Assembly (NCBI GenBank): GCA_031409795.1
Contig: JANNXX010000041.1
Coordinates: 11,210-75,209 of the forward strand
Origin: Rhodobacterales bacterium
GTDB lineage: Bacteria > Pseudomonadota > Alphaproteobacteria > Rhodobacterales > Rhodobacteraceae
Reading direction: 5' to 3'
DNA length: 64,000 bases
In this document: in pieces, positions 9,183-19,534 of the stretch
How positions within the stretch are numbered: position 1 is the first letter of the stretch
Layout of the letters: every line of letters begins with the position of its first letter
The notes under the pieces: model-generated
Seen by the model: the letters and a program-made list of their open reading frames with translations, nothing else
Told to the model about the DNA's origin: nothing
Database searches by the model: none
Position numbers and translations under genes: made by a program

Positions 9183-10196
9183 TCACCGCCGGGTCATCGC
9201 AATGCGGATCAGCGCGCGTTCCATCAGCGCCATTCCGGGCGCTCGGCTGGCGGACCGCAGGGTCAGGTCGGTTTCCAGCAGGACCGAAACGGCGGCTTCC
9301 AGCGCACGGACCTCCCACTGCCCGGCCTGCCTGCCCATCGCGTCCTTCTGCTTGAAGTTCACCCGTGCCCGCTGAATGCCCACAGCCGGACCCTGCGGGT
9401 CGGTCGCGGCAGCGTGCAGCACGCGGAAATGCCGAAGCGCGCCGATGCAGATCGTTACCGGCAGCACGCCCTGGCCTTCAAGACGGCGAAACAAGGGGCC
9501 GATGGCCGGCGCGCGGGCCTCGGCGACAGCGTCGATCAGGTCATCGACGTCGGCCTCGATGGTGGCGGGGGCCATGGCGACGACATCGGCGGGGGTCAGC
9601 GGCGTGGCGTCGCCCCATTTGTACAGCGCGATCTTTTCCAGCGTCTGGCGGAAATCGCCGGGGTCCAGAGCGCGGGCCAGGGTGGTCAGGTCCGCCATCG
9701 CTTCGCGGCCGATATCTGCAAGCCCGGCCTTGCGCAGCGCCTCTTCGATCTCTTCGCGGCCCGGCGGGTCGTCGTAAAGCCCGATGGAGACCGCCTTCGG
9801 GTGCTTTTCGAACAGCGTCTTCAGCGCCGACTTGCCGGTCAGCCCGCCTGCCGTGACCACGATGACCGCATCGCCCGGCTTCCAGTCGGCCAGCGCGGTG
9901 GCCACGGGGTCGGCAAGCCCGTCGGTCGCGTCCTCCAGAAAGGCCACGCGCGGACCGGGAAAGAAACCGACCGCCTTGATCGCGTCCACAAGAAGGCTGC
10001 CGTCGCGGCGCAGATCGCCCCCGGACATCCGGGTCAGGCGCATCTCGGCCTCACCCCCCGGGCCGATCAGGGCAGAGATCGCCTCTTGTCGCTTCAGCGC
10101 CACCCGCATCGGATCCGCGCCGAAAATCAGCAGGCCCGCCCGGGCCGGGTCGGGATTTGCGCAATAGCGGGCGGCCTCGGCCCCCTTCAGGATCAT
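9183..10196 (-). CDS. holA: DNA polymerase III delta subunit
   Basis: LIFGAD, FFPGPRV, ELEKL-like QTLEKIALY, conserved leuS-lptE-holA order. Confidence 0.9.
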   Translation of the reverse strand: MILKGAEAARYCANPDPARAGLLIFGADPMRVALKRQEAISALIGPGGEAEMRLTRMSGGDLRRDGSLLVDAIKAVGFFPGPRVAFLEDATDGLADPVATALADWKPGDAVIVVTAGGLTGKSALKTLFEKHPKAVSIGLYDDPPGREEIEEALRKAGLADIGREAMADLTTLARALDPGDFRQTLEKIALYKWGDATPLTPADVVAMAPATIEADVDDLIDAVAEARAPAIGPLFRRLEGQGVLPVTICIGALRHFRVLHAAATDPQGPAVGIQRARVNFKQKDAMGRQAGQWEVRALEAAVSVLLETDLTLRSASRAPGMALMERALIRIAMTRR

Positions 10197-10831
10197 GGTT
10201 GGCTGGCCGAGGCGGCGATCAGCCGGGCGACGATCTGGTCGGCCAGGATGCGCATCAACCGAAGGGCGGCGTCCTCTTCCGCCGCAAGCCCGGCGACTGT
10301 GGACCCGGTGGCGGAATAGGCGGTGAAGCTTTGCACCCGGCCCCCGGCCACGCGGGTGCCGCTGGCACGGTCGGTCAGGGTGAAATCGACGACGCCCTTC
10401 AGGTTGTAGCGCGTGATCTCGTTTTCCGTGGTGATGCCGACCCCGACGGCCTCGGTCGTGATGGTGAAGGTCAGATCGTAGCGGACAGCTTCGGGGCGTC
10501 CAAGACGTTCTTCAAGCCGTTCGACAAGGTCGAAACCGTTCTTGTCGGTCGGGTCCTGCACCCAGACCGCCCCCATCAGCCCGGTTGCCGGTCCCCCGGG
10601 TGCAAGTGCCGGAGTGAACCCGCAGGCGGCAAGGGCAAGCGGGGCGAGGATCAGCCAGCGGCGTGTCGGTGCCCCCCCACACCAGCCCTCTCCCACCTGG
10701 GCAGAGAGAAGCGCCCGGTCCGAAGCGCCCCGCCTTGAGACGGGCGCGACTAGACCCCTGCCTCCGGCGTGGGGGAGGGACAGGCTGGGGGAAGCCCCTG
10801 ATGTAGAGCGGCTACCGCTAGACGACGACAT
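10193..10831 (-). CDS. lptE: LPS assembly lipoprotein LptE with a repeat-derived N-terminal insertion
   Basis: Lipobox LAACG; TRYNL..., SFTAYS..., [18 protein letters not shown]; ATG 10831 (MSSS) overlaps the end of leuS; position between leuS and holA. Confidence 0.85.
   Translation of the reverse strand: MSSSSGSRSTSGASPSLSLPHAGGRGLVAPVSRRGASDRALLSAQVGEGWCGGAPTRRWLILAPLALAACGFTPALAPGGPATGLMGAVWVQDPTDKNGFDLVERLEERLGRPEAVRYDLTFTITTEAVGVGITTENEITRYNLKGVVDFTLTDRASGTRVAGGRVQSFTAYSATGSTVAGLAAEEDAALRLMRILADQIVARLIAASASQP
10672..10712 (+). repeat. REP-like palindrome (family A) inside the lptE 5' region
   Basis: CCCCCCCACACCAGCCCTCTCCCACCTGGGCAGAGAGAAGC. Confidence 0.65.
10755..10791 (-). repeat. 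REP-like palindrome (family A) inside the lptE 5' region, inverted relative to the 10672 copy
   Basis: Minus strand CCCCCAGCCTGTCCCTCCCCCACGCCGGAGGCAGGGG. Confidence 0.7.
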
Positions 10832-13373
10832 TGATGATGCGCCCCGGGACGACGATGATCTTCTTGACCGGCTGACCGGCCAGGAACCTGACCACATCCT
10901 CATCCGCCAGCGCCAGCTTTTCAACCTCCGGCGCGGGCATGTCCTTCGGCACGCTGATTTCCGCCCGCCGCTTGCCGTTGATCTGGATCGGCAGGGTCAC
11001 GGTGTCGTCGATCAGCAGAGCCGGGTCCGCCTTGGGCCATGGGGCCTGCGCACAAAGGCCCGCACCACCCTGATAGCTCCAGATCGACTCCGCGATATGC
11101 GGGGTCATCGGCTGCATAAGCTGCGCCAGCGTGCGGATCGCGTGCTTCATCGTTGCGGTCGAGGCGTTCGCTTTGGCGATGGTATTGGTAAAGGCGTAAA
11201 GGCTGGCGATGGCCTTGTTGAAGGCAAAGCCCTCGATCCCCTTCGTCACTTCAAAGGTGGCTTTGGCGGTGGCGCGTGCCAGATCGGCATCACCCTCGCC
11301 CTGATGGTCCGCAGGCATCTCGCCGATCCGGCTGCACACCGCCCAGACCCGGCTCAGATGCTTGAACGCCGCCTCCGCGCCCGAGGAGGTCCATTCCACA
11401 TCCCGCTCCGGCGGCGAATCCGACAGCACGAACCACCGCGCGGTGTCGGCCCCGAAGGAGGCAATGATGTTCATCGGGTCGACAACGTTCTTCTTGGATT
11501 TCGACATCTTGGCCGAGGGGATGACCTCGACCTTCGTGCCATTCTTGAGCGCCGCCCCGCCTTCCGACCGGATCACGTCTTCGGGCAGATGATAGACCGG
11601 TCGGTCCTGCGCGTCGGTCGTCCTGTAGATCTCATGCGTGACCATTCCTTGCGTGAAGAGCGCATTGAACGGCTCCACCGCCATCGCGGGCAGATGCCCG
11701 GTCTTCATCATCGCCCGGGCGAAGAAGCGGGAGTACAGCAGGTGCAAAATCGCATGCTCGACCCCGCCGATGTACTGGTCGACGTTCATCCAGTAGGCGG
11801 CGTCTTCCATCACGGTCGGAGTCGTCGCACGGGGTGCGGTGAAGCGGGCGAAGTACCAGCTTGAATCGACGAAGGTATCCATCGTGTCCGTCTCGCGCCG
11901 GGCCTTGGCACCGCACTTCGGGCACACGCAATCGCGCCAGGTGGGGTGACGGTCCAGCGGGTTGCCGGGGATGTCGAAGCTGACGTCATAGGGCAGCTCG
12001 ATCGGCAGGTTCGCCTTCGCCTCGGGCACCACGCCGCAGGTCGGGCAATGCACCACGGGAATCGGGCAGCCCCAATAGCGCTGACGGCTGATGCCCCAGT
12101 CACGCAGGCGGAATTTGGTCACGCCCTTGCCGTATCCATGGGTTTCGGCATGCGCGATGGCGGTGGCGACGCCCTCTTCGCCGGTCTGAACCGCAGCACC
12201 GGCAAAGCCGCGGACATAGTGGACCTGCTCTGATTTCATCGGCACGAACGCCTCGGCCAGCGCCCCGTCCGCGATGCCTTCGGCCACGAACACCGGCTTG
12301 ATCGCAAGCCCGTATTTCGTGGCAAAGTCAAAGTCGCGCTGGTCATGCGCCGGGCAGCCGAAGATCGCCCCGGTCCCGTAATCCATCAGGATGAAGTTGG
12401 CGATCCAGACCGGCAGCTCCCAGGTCGGGTCAAGGGGATGCTGCACCCGGATGCCGGTGTCGAGGCCGATCTTCTCGGCGGTTTCCAGCGCCTCGGCTGT
12501 GGTCCCGCCCACCCGGCAGCGGGCCAGGAAATCGGCCACGGCCGGGTCGCCCGCCAGCGCCTTGGCCAGCGGATGATCAGGCGAGATCGCCGCAAACGAC
12601 GCGCCCATCAGCGTATCCGGCCGCGTCGTATAGACCTCCAGCGCCTCGAACCCTGCGGGAGCCCCCACCGTCTGGAACGCAAACTGCAATCCGCGCGACT
12701 TGCCGATCCAGTTCGCCTGCATCAGGCGCACCTTTTCCGGCCAGTCCTTCAGCCCGTCCAGGGCCGACAGCAGTTCCTCCGAATAGTCGCTGATCCTGAA
12801 GAACCACTGCGTGAGTTCCCGCCGTTCAACGGCAGCCCCCGACCGCCAGCCCTTGCCGTCGATCACCTGCTCGTTCGCCAGAACCGTCATGTCGACCGGA
12901 TCCCAGTTCACCACCGCCGCCTTGCGGGTGACAAGGCCCGCCTCCAGCATGTCGATGAACATCGCCTGCTGCTGGCCGTAATACTCCGGGTCGCAGGTCG
13001 CAAGCTCACGCGACCAGTCGATCGACAGGCCCAGCGGCTTCATCTGCGCCTTCATGTCGGCGATGTTGCCGTAGGTCCAGTCCTTCGGATGGCCCCCCCG
13101 CTCCATCGCCGCATTCTCGGCGGGCATGCCGAAGGCGTCCCAGCCCATCGGGTGCAACACGCTGAAACCTTGCGCGGATTTGGTCCGTGCCACCACGTCG
13201 CCCATGGTGTAGTTGCGCACATGCCCCATGTGGATGCGGCCCGACGGATAGGGGAACATCTCCAGCACATAATACTTCGGCTTTGCCGGATCGCGCTGCG
13301 CAAGGAATGCCCGGGCCTTGTCCCACTCCTGTTGCCAGCGGGGTTCGATCTCCGAAGGGTCATAGCGCGACAT
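10818..13373 (-). CDS. leuS: Leucine--tRNA ligase
   Basis: [13 protein letters not shown] (HIGH motif), [19 protein letters not shown], editing domain. Confidence 0.98.
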   Translation of the reverse strand: MSRYDPSEIEPRWQQEWDKARAFLAQRDPAKPKYYVLEMFPYPSGRIHMGHVRNYTMGDVVARTKSAQGFSVLHPMGWDAFGMPAENAAMERGGHPKDWTYGNIADMKAQMKPLGLSIDWSRELATCDPEYYGQQQAMFIDMLEAGLVTRKAAVVNWDPVDMTVLANEQVIDGKGWRSGAAVERRELTQWFFRISDYSEELLSALDGLKDWPEKVRLMQANWIGKSRGLQFAFQTVGAPAGFEALEVYTTRPDTLMGASFAAISPDHPLAKALAGDPAVADFLARCRVGGTTAEALETAEKIGLDTGIRVQHPLDPTWELPVWIANFILMDYGTGAIFGCPAHDQRDFDFATKYGLAIKPVFVAEGIADGALAEAFVPMKSEQVHYVRGFAGAAVQTGEEGVATAIAHAETHGYGKGVTKFRLRDWGISRQRYWGCPIPVVHCPTCGVVPEAKANLPIELPYDVSFDIPGNPLDRHPTWRDCVCPKCGAKARRETDTMDTFVDSSWYFARFTAPRATTPTVMEDAAYWMNVDQYIGGVEHAILHLLYSRFFARAMMKTGHLPAMAVEPFNALFTQGMVTHEIYRTTDAQDRPVYHLPEDVIRSEGGAALKNGTKVEVIPSAKMSKSKKNVVDPMNIIASFGADTARWFVLSDSPPERDVEWTSSGAEAAFKHLSRVWAVCSRIGEMPADHQGEGDADLARATAKATFEVTKGIEGFAFNKAIASLYAFTNTIAKANASTATMKHAIRTLAQLMQPMTPHIAESIWSYQGGAGLCAQAPWPKADPALLIDDTVTLPIQINGKRRAEISVPKDMPAPEVEKLALADEDVVRFLAGQPVKKIIVVPGRIINVVV

Positions 13374-13435
13374 CAGGGGCCTCAAGCTTGGGTTCGGCCC
13401 GGAATTACACCCTGCGCGAAGGAAAGGTCCACCCC

Positions 13436-13513
13436 TCCTTCCTGTCTGCGAAACTATCCTTGGGGTGAGGGCCTGGGGCTGCGGGGCCTGGGGGTGCGGG
13501 GGCTGGTCCCCGG
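13436..13513 (+). repeat. Intergenic repeat (family C)
   Basis: TTCCTGTCTGCGAAACTATCCTTGGGG...GGGGGTGCGGGGGCTGGTCCCCGG; aligns with the reverse complement of 28739-28803. Confidence 0.65.
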
Positions 13514-13520
13514 CGCACCC

Positions 13521-14072
13521 TCAAAGCTTGCTGTCGCGCACCCGAAGCTGGCGGGCGCGCGTCAGGATTGCATCCTCGACCGCGCGCACGGTTTCCTGCG
13601 GCACGGCCCCGCCGCCCTGGCCCTGCATCGCGATCTTCAGGCTGCGGGCGTCTAGTGAGGGGTCCTGCACATAGACCGTCGCGCGGTAGGCGCGGCCCCC
13701 GCCGGGCGGGCGGCCATAGCCGGTGACGATCACCCCGGTGAACGGATCGACCGATTCAATCGGCAGGAAGTTCAGCACTTCAAGACTGGCCTGCCAGATG
13801 TACTTGTTGACCTCGACCGTGGTGTTCGGGTCGTCCTTGTTCCCGAACAGGTCGAACACCGAGGAATCGCCGTCGCTTTCGCCATATTCATAGCCTTGGC
13901 TGCTGACCTCTTCGATCCGGGCGCGCTGGGCATCGGCGCGCTCTTTCTGCGAGGACTGCCCGGCCGTCGGGGTCGCCGCGCCGCGATTGAACCATCCGCC
14001 GCCGCCGCAGCCCGACAGAAGGCCCACCAGCCCAAGGGCCAAAGCGATGCGTGTGACGTTCTGCAAGCCCAT
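13521..14072 (-). CDS. DUF3576-family lipoprotein
   Basis: Lipobox LSGC; VNKYIWQASLEVLNFLPIESVDPFTGVIVT and VEDAILTRARQL motifs; usual neighbour of leuS in Alphaproteobacteria. Confidence 0.8.
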   Translation of the reverse strand: MGLQNVTRIALALGLVGLLSGCGGGGWFNRGAATPTAGQSSQKERADAQRARIEEVSSQGYEYGESDGDSSVFDLFGNKDDPNTTVEVNKYIWQASLEVLNFLPIESVDPFTGVIVTGYGRPPGGGRAYRATVYVQDPSLDARSLKIAMQGQGGGAVPQETVRAVEDAILTRARQLRVRDSKL

Positions 14073-14338
14073 CCGGACACCCTGAATTGCCGTGTTTTGC
14101 TGTCTAGCCGAGCCGTTGACCCTTTCCAAGGCCTTTCGCTGCGCGCGGGCCCACAGACGGCCCAAGACGCGGCCCGGGGCGGGCATTCCTGACCTGTGGC
14201 TTTGCTGCACCAATTTCCCGGCGTTTTTCGCCAGCCTTTTGCTTGGCGTTGCAATCCGGGGCGTCCCGGTTGAAATACGGTGCATTCCCGCTGCGGATTC
14301 CCCTGCGGAGGGCTTACCTTGAAGAAAGAGGGAAAAAC

Positions 14339-15409
14339 ATGAAAAAGCTTCTTCTTGCGACGAGCATCCTGGCGGGCACCGCCGGCCTTGCCGCCGCCGA
14401 GATCACCCTGTCGGGCGACGCCCGCATGGGCTTCAAAGACGACTTCGTTTTCGATCCGGCTGCGGATGATGATATCGGCTTCACCAGCCGCGCTCGCGTC
14501 ACGTTCACCTTCTCGGGCGAAACCGATGGCGGTCTGTCGTTCGGCGCTTCGTTCCGCGCTGACAACTCGTCGAACGCTGCAAACGGCACTGCCGGTTCGG
14601 TCTTCCTGTCGGGCGCTTTCGGCAAGATCTCGATGGGCGACGTTGATGGTGCGGCTCTCTCGGCCGTTGGTCACGTTGATGGCGTTGGCCTCACCGGCCT
14701 CGGCGACCGCAACGAATCGTCCTTCATCGGCAACGGCGGTCTGAACGACGACGACCTGACCGACCTCGACTCGCTCAGCGACACCCCCGGCCTGACCGGC
14801 GACCCGTCGGTTATCTACGAATACACCACCGGCAACATCGGCCTTTTCGTCGGCGTCACCAACCCGGGCTACGAGAGCGAGTTTGACTTTGATCTTGGCG
14901 CGGGCACTGCAGAAGCCACCGATGGCGTTGCATGGTCGATCGGTGCGAACTACACCACCGACGCCTACAAGTTCGGCATCGGCTACGAAGACCTTGATGT
15001 TGATGCTGCGACCGCTGGTGCGCTTGGCAACATCAGCGCCGACCACCTGTTCCTTGGCGCGGACGGCACCTTCGGTGCATTCACTGCCAAGGTCCGCTAC
15101 GGTATGGCTGACATCACCGCGACGGATACCGCCGGTTTGGCAACCGACATCGATTTCGACCAGTGGTCGATCTCGGGCACCTACGCGATGGACGCTGTCA
15201 GCGTGACCGGCTTCTACCAGGACAAGCAGTTCGACCTGGCCAGCGGTGCGAACTTCTTCGAAGTCGAATCGATGGGCATCGGCGCGTCCTACGACCTCGG
15301 CGGCGGTGCCAAGGTTGTCGGCGGCGTGGTCGACTCGGAAGAGACCGATGGCGCAAGCCCGGCAGTCTCCGACACCTCCTTCGACCTCGGTGTGTCGTTC
15401 TCGTTCTAA
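14339..15409 (+). CDS. Outer-membrane porin (Rhodobacter-type)
   Basis: Signal MKKLLLATSIL..AAA; EITLSGDARMG start; GETDGGLSFGAS; amphipathic strands; C-terminal Phe (GVSFSF); highly biased codon usage. Confidence 0.92.
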   Translation: MKKLLLATSILAGTAGLAAAEITLSGDARMGFKDDFVFDPAADDDIGFTSRARVTFTFSGETDGGLSFGASFRADNSSNAANGTAGSVFLSGAFGKISMGDVDGAALSAVGHVDGVGLTGLGDRNESSFIGNGGLNDDDLTDLDSLSDTPGLTGDPSVIYEYTTGNIGLFVGVTNPGYESEFDFDLGAGTAEATDGVAWSIGANYTTDAYKFGIGYEDLDVDAATAGALGNISADHLFLGADGTFGAFTAKVRYGMADITATDTAGLATDIDFDQWSISGTYAMDAVSVTGFYQDKQFDLASGANFFEVESMGIGASYDLGGGAKVVGGVVDSEETDGASPAVSDTSFDLGVSFSF

Positions 15410-15434
15410 TCCCTCGGGATCGGACGGAATTGGG

Positions 15435-15462
15435 AAGAGCGGACCTTCGGGTCCGCTCTTTT
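15435..15462 (+). terminator. Rho-independent terminator after the porin gene
   Basis: AAGAGCGGACC-TTCG-GGTCCGCTCTT followed by T residues. Confidence 0.85.
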
Positions 15463-15530
15463 CGTTTGGGGCCGCTGGTTTCCCCGGCCGCGCGGGCGTG
15501 CCATGGTCGTGCGGGAACAACGGGGGCAGC

Positions 15531-16187
15531 ATGGGACTGGACGGGATCACAGGCCGCCTGCGGGCGGCGGAACGCGCGGCGGGGCGGGCGGCGGGGTCGG
15601 TCCGGCTGATCGCCGTGTCCAAACTGCAGCCGCCTGATCGGGTGACGGCAGTGCTGCACGCCGGGCACCGCACCTTCGGCGAGAATTACGTCCAGGAAGC
15701 GGCCGGGAAATGGCCCGCATGGCGCGACCGTTTCGGCGCGGTGGACCTGCACATGATCGGCCCGCTGCAATCGAACAAGGCGAAGCTGGCGGTCGATCTT
15801 TTCGATGCGATCCACACGCTGGACCGCCCGTCGCTGGCGCAGCGGCTGGCCAGCCTGCAACAGGCGCGGGGAGGACTGCCCGCCCTTTTCGTGCAGGTCA
15901 ATACCGGCGCCGAGCCGCAGAAGGCCGGTGTCCTGCCTGCCGGTCTGGCGGCGTTCCTGCGCGACTGCCGGGCGATGGACCTGGCCCCGGTCGGGCTGAT
16001 GTGCATCCCCCCGGACGCCGAGGACAGCCGCCCGCATTTCGCCCTGCTGGCAAAGCTGGCGGCCGAGCATGGCCTGCAAGGCCTGTCGATGGGGATGAGC
16101 GGTGATTTCGAGGCGGCGGTCGCCGAAGGGGCCACCCATATCCGCGTCGGCAGCGCGATCTTCGGCGACCGGCCCGTCCCGGCCTGA
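15531..16187 (+). CDS. yggS: Pyridoxal phosphate homeostasis protein (YggS family)
   Basis: LIAVSK (PLP Lys), FGENYVQE, HMIGPLQSNK, LSMGMSGDF, IRVGSAIFG. Confidence 0.95.
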   Translation: MGLDGITGRLRAAERAAGRAAGSVRLIAVSKLQPPDRVTAVLHAGHRTFGENYVQEAAGKWPAWRDRFGAVDLHMIGPLQSNKAKLAVDLFDAIHTLDRPSLAQRLASLQQARGGLPALFVQVNTGAEPQKAGVLPAGLAAFLRDCRAMDLAPVGLMCIPPDAEDSRPHFALLAKLAAEHGLQGLSMGMSGDFEAAVAEGATHIRVGSAIFGDRPVPA

Positions 16188-16221
16188 CCCGCTGGCCCCT
16201 CGCCAGGGTTCGGCAACGGGT

Positions 16222-16542
16222 TCAGCCGGTCTGCGGCAGGCAGCCGCTCAGCCCGGCCGGCAGCACCAGCGGTGCGCCAAGGGCGTACAGCGTGGTGACA
16301 AGATCGGCCCCGCCGCGCAGGGTGACGCTGACCGGCCCGGCGCTGACCACCGAGACGCCCTGTGGCAAGCTGCGGATCAGCCCTTCGGGCGGCAGGATGA
16401 CCAGCGCCGCCGGGGCCTCGCCGCCCAGCCGCATGACCAGCGCCAGCGTGCCGATCCAGCCCAGCGCAACCAGCGGCAGCGCGATTAGCGGCAGCGCGGG
16501 CAGCGGCAGCGCGGGCAGCGCGCGGCGCAGGTCAGTAGTCAT
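16222..16542 (-). CDS. Small hypothetical membrane protein
   Basis: N-terminal TM helix; overlaps the upstream stop; C-terminal GCL motif. Confidence 0.65.
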   Translation of the reverse strand: MTTDLRRALPALPLPALPLIALPLVALGWIGTLALVMRLGGEAPAALVILPPEGLIRSLPQGVSVVSAGPVSVTLRGGADLVTTLYALGAPLVLPAGLSGCLPQTG

Positions 16543-17578
16543 GCACATGCTCCAGCGCGCCGTCCGGCAGGGCGCGCAAGGCGGCGGCAAGGTCGGCGAC
16601 CGGCAGCAGGATCAGGCTGCGGCGACCGGGATTGCCCTGCCGCGCGAAGCTGTGCAGCGTGCCAAGGGGGTCACCATCCGTGCCGATCACGGTGAACAGG
16701 ATGTCATCATTACCCGCGATCTCGACAAAGTTGCCGCCCGCCCGCGCGATGCTGTCGGCGATGCGGGTGAAGGCCCGGTAGCGCGGGGCCTCGATCACCG
16801 TGCCTTCGGGCAGGGTTTCGATCACCGTGACCTCGGGCAGGGCGGCCAGGGTGGCTTCGGGCAGGCCGGTGACCACGGCGCGCAGCTGAAGCTGGTCTTC
16901 GCCGACCGAGGCGACGGCGGCCGCGATCACCCCGGCATAGGCCGCCTTGACCCGGTATTCGACACCCAGCGCAAAGCGGCGTTCCCGGTCGCGGAAGGCG
17001 CCGGTCGCGGCCTTGTCCAGGGCGGCGGCGTCGGTGATGAAATCCCATTTGTACCACGGCACCTGCTGCAGGAAGGTGGCGTAATCGCCAGCCTGCCGGG
17101 CCGACAGGTCATCCAGCGGCGCACGCCCTTCGCCGCGCACCCAGGTGGCGGCCCGGCCCAGAGTTTCCTCATAGGCGGCCTTGGCCAGCAGCTCGGCGGT
17201 GAAGCTGACGCCGATGGTGTAGATCGTCTGTTTCGTGGTCCAGTCGAAGCCGCCATGTGGACCCGAGGCCTGCGACAGCGCGCAAAGCGAGGACCAGAAC
17301 CCGGTGATCGACCCAAGGAAGCCGAAGCGGTGTGGATCAGTGGTGCGGATCACCTCGGCGTAGTCGGCATAGGCGTGGACGATGTGCCATTCCGGGTAGG
17401 TCAGCAGGGTCCGCCCCTCGGGGCGCTGCCAGTCTTGGCCGACAAGCGGGGTATGGACAACGGGGGCGCCTTGGGGGCGGCACATCGTCTCGATGTAAAG
17501 GAGCGGAGAGAGAAGGCCGAGGATCGCAATGACCAGCAAAAGCAGTAGCCGCCCGGTCCAGCGGACAAGGAAGCTCAT
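16532..17578 (-). CDS. Conserved hypothetical membrane-anchored protein (348 aa)
   Basis: N-terminal TM; YPEWHIVHAY, IGVSFTAE, PWYKW, ERRFALG segments look like conserved motifs; ATGA overlap with the upstream gene. Confidence 0.75.
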   Translation of the reverse strand: MSFLVRWTGRLLLLLVIAILGLLSPLLYIETMCRPQGAPVVHTPLVGQDWQRPEGRTLLTYPEWHIVHAYADYAEVIRTTDPHRFGFLGSITGFWSSLCALSQASGPHGGFDWTTKQTIYTIGVSFTAELLAKAAYEETLGRAATWVRGEGRAPLDDLSARQAGDYATFLQQVPWYKWDFITDAAALDKAATGAFRDRERRFALGVEYRVKAAYAGVIAAAVASVGEDQLQLRAVVTGLPEATLAALPEVTVIETLPEGTVIEAPRYRAFTRIADSIARAGGNFVEIAGNDDILFTVIGTDGDPLGTLHSFARQGNPGRRSLILLPVADLAAALRALPDGALEHVHDY

Positions 17579-17973
17579 CGCCGGAACCCCACGGCAAGGG
17601 CAAAGCCGCCCAGCAGGATATGGGGCAGCGAGGACAGAAGCTTCAGGGTGAAGGGGATGTCCAGGACCCCCCAGGTGAAGATGCCAAGGTCAAGGAACCC
17701 CGACCCGGTGAAGGCCCCAAGCACGCCGTCCAAAAGGTAAAGCGCCCCGAACAGGATGAGGAACATCCGCGACGCCCGGACCGAGATCAGCGCAGCGGCC
17801 AAGGCCCAAAGCGCCGAGACGAGGTGCAGCGCGTCGTCGAAGATATCCAGCGCGAAGATGCCGAAGGTGCGGCCCTGATCGTCCACCAGCCCGGGGATTG
17901 GCAGGTAGTTCAGCGACGCCACCAGCGTCAGGATCACGGCATAGGCAAAGGCGGTCGTGCGGTGCAGGGTCAC
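17575..17973 (-). CDS. Small integral membrane protein (DUF4383-like)
   Basis: 3-4 TM helices; FGIFALDIFDDALHL segment; GTGA overlap with the oxidoreductase stop. Confidence 0.65.
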   Translation of the reverse strand: MTLHRTTAFAYAVILTLVASLNYLPIPGLVDDQGRTFGIFALDIFDDALHLVSALWALAAALISVRASRMFLILFGALYLLDGVLGAFTGSGFLDLGIFTWGVLDIPFTLKLLSSLPHILLGGFALAVGFRR

Positions 17974-19448
17974 GTGATGATCACCTTGTCCATATAGCTG
18001 TCCCAGAACCCGTTCCGCAGCCGCAGCCTCGGGTCGACCGTCAGCTTCACCTTCAGGAAATCCACCGTGCGGGGATAGCAGCGGCTGAACTGCTCGACCG
18101 TCGCATGCGGCCGGTAGGGAAGATAGTAGCTGCCGCCAATGGCCAGCACCGCGTCGATCAGCGCGCGGGTCATCCGGGCCATGTCGGCCTCGGCCCGCGC
18201 GGTCATCTCCTGGCTGAAGAGCAGAACCGAGGCGATGCGCGGGCCGTCCGGGGCATAGCTCAGCAGCGCGGTCGGGTCCTGCGCCACCCAGCGCAGCGTG
18301 ATGTTCAAAAGCTCTTGATAGCTGCCGGGAATGATCGCGCGCGCGGCGGTCAGGAAATCGCCGAACCGGTCCGGCGCGACGAAGTATTCGTGCAGGATAT
18401 CGGTGCGGGTGGGGTCGCGGTCGTCCAGCGTGATGACGGGTTCGTTCATCAGGCTGGACCGGCTGGCCGCCCCCTGCAGGCTGGCACCGACGCCGGTTTC
18501 GATCCCCCAGCGGCGGCGCTTGACCCATTCGTTGCCCGGCTGCGCCCGAAAGATCGCGCGCGAGGCTTTCGACAGAATGCCCGATCCGGCGGCCGGGGGG
18601 ATGTCGCCCGCAACCGGCCGATAAGTCACCAGCATCGCATCGTCGAAGAACCCCTCGCGGTCGATGTTCAGGCGGCCGTAAGCCATGGGCACCGACCCGT
18701 CAGCCACGGCGGTGAAGGCCGCAGCGAAATCGGCGGCGGGCATGGTCTGGAACATCGGCTCCAAGAGCTGGTTCGGCGCGGCCTCGACCTCCAGCTCGGT
18801 GATCAGGCCGATCAACCCATAGCCCCCCATCGCGGCCGCGAAGAGATCGGCGTTTTCCGTGCGGGACGCGGTGACCAGACTGCCGTCCGCCAGCAGCATC
18901 TGCACCGATCGGACGGTCGACCCCATCGGGCCATAGGGAATTGGCCAGCCATGCGCATTCACCGAAAAGGTGGAGGCAACGCCGAAATCGCTGTTCGACT
19001 GCATCACCTTGGGCGACAGGCCCAAGGGATCAAGCGCCGCGATGACCTGGTTCCAGCGAGTGCCCGCCTGCACGCGGTAGACATCACCCTCGGCCGTCAC
19101 CGATGGCGTGTCGAAGGTGATCGCGTGACCGTCGCGCGGGATCGCCTGACCGCCCATCGTGTGCCGGGCCGCGCCGATGCAGACCGGGCGACCCTCGGCC
19201 TCGGCGGCCTTCAGTTCGGCACGCAGGGCGGCGATCAGCGCTTCGCCGGGCGGCTCCTTGACGACGATATGCCGGAAGACCGGGGTTTCCGACAACAGCG
19301 AGGCGTCGTTCAGAACAGTTTCCCCGCCCGCGGGCGCGATGATGGACACCCCGTCCAGCGATGGGTTTGCCGCCCCGATCCAGCGGGTGCCGATCACCCC
19401 CGCCGCCGCCCCGGCTCCGAACAGCGCCGCCCGTCGTGTCAGCGCCAT
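17970..19448 (-). CDS. FAD-linked oxidoreductase (VAO/PCMH-type FAD-binding domain) with a twin-arginine signal
   Basis: MALTRRAALFG Tat-like motif; ARHTMGG flavinylation-type motif; SVNAHG; GGYGLIG; LNITLR. Confidence 0.85.
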   Translation of the reverse strand: MALTRRAALFGAGAAAGVIGTRWIGAANPSLDGVSIIAPAGGETVLNDASLLSETPVFRHIVVKEPPGEALIAALRAELKAAEAEGRPVCIGAARHTMGGQAIPRDGHAITFDTPSVTAEGDVYRVQAGTRWNQVIAALDPLGLSPKVMQSNSDFGVASTFSVNAHGWPIPYGPMGSTVRSVQMLLADGSLVTASRTENADLFAAAMGGYGLIGLITELEVEAAPNQLLEPMFQTMPAADFAAAFTAVADGSVPMAYGRLNIDREGFFDDAMLVTYRPVAGDIPPAAGSGILSKASRAIFRAQPGNEWVKRRRWGIETGVGASLQGAASRSSLMNEPVITLDDRDPTRTDILHEYFVAPDRFGDFLTAARAIIPGSYQELLNITLRWVAQDPTALLSYAPDGPRIASVLLFSQEMTARAEADMARMTRALIDAVLAIGGSYYLPYRPHATVEQFSRCYPRTVDFLKVKLTVDPRLRLRNGFWDSYMDKVIIT

Positions 19449-19534
19449 CTGGCACCACTCCCTTGTCCCGCGGAAAGCATTGCTGACCGGAGCGCGCGCG
19501 TCCAGTCAGCTTTTCCCGACGACAAACCAAGGCG

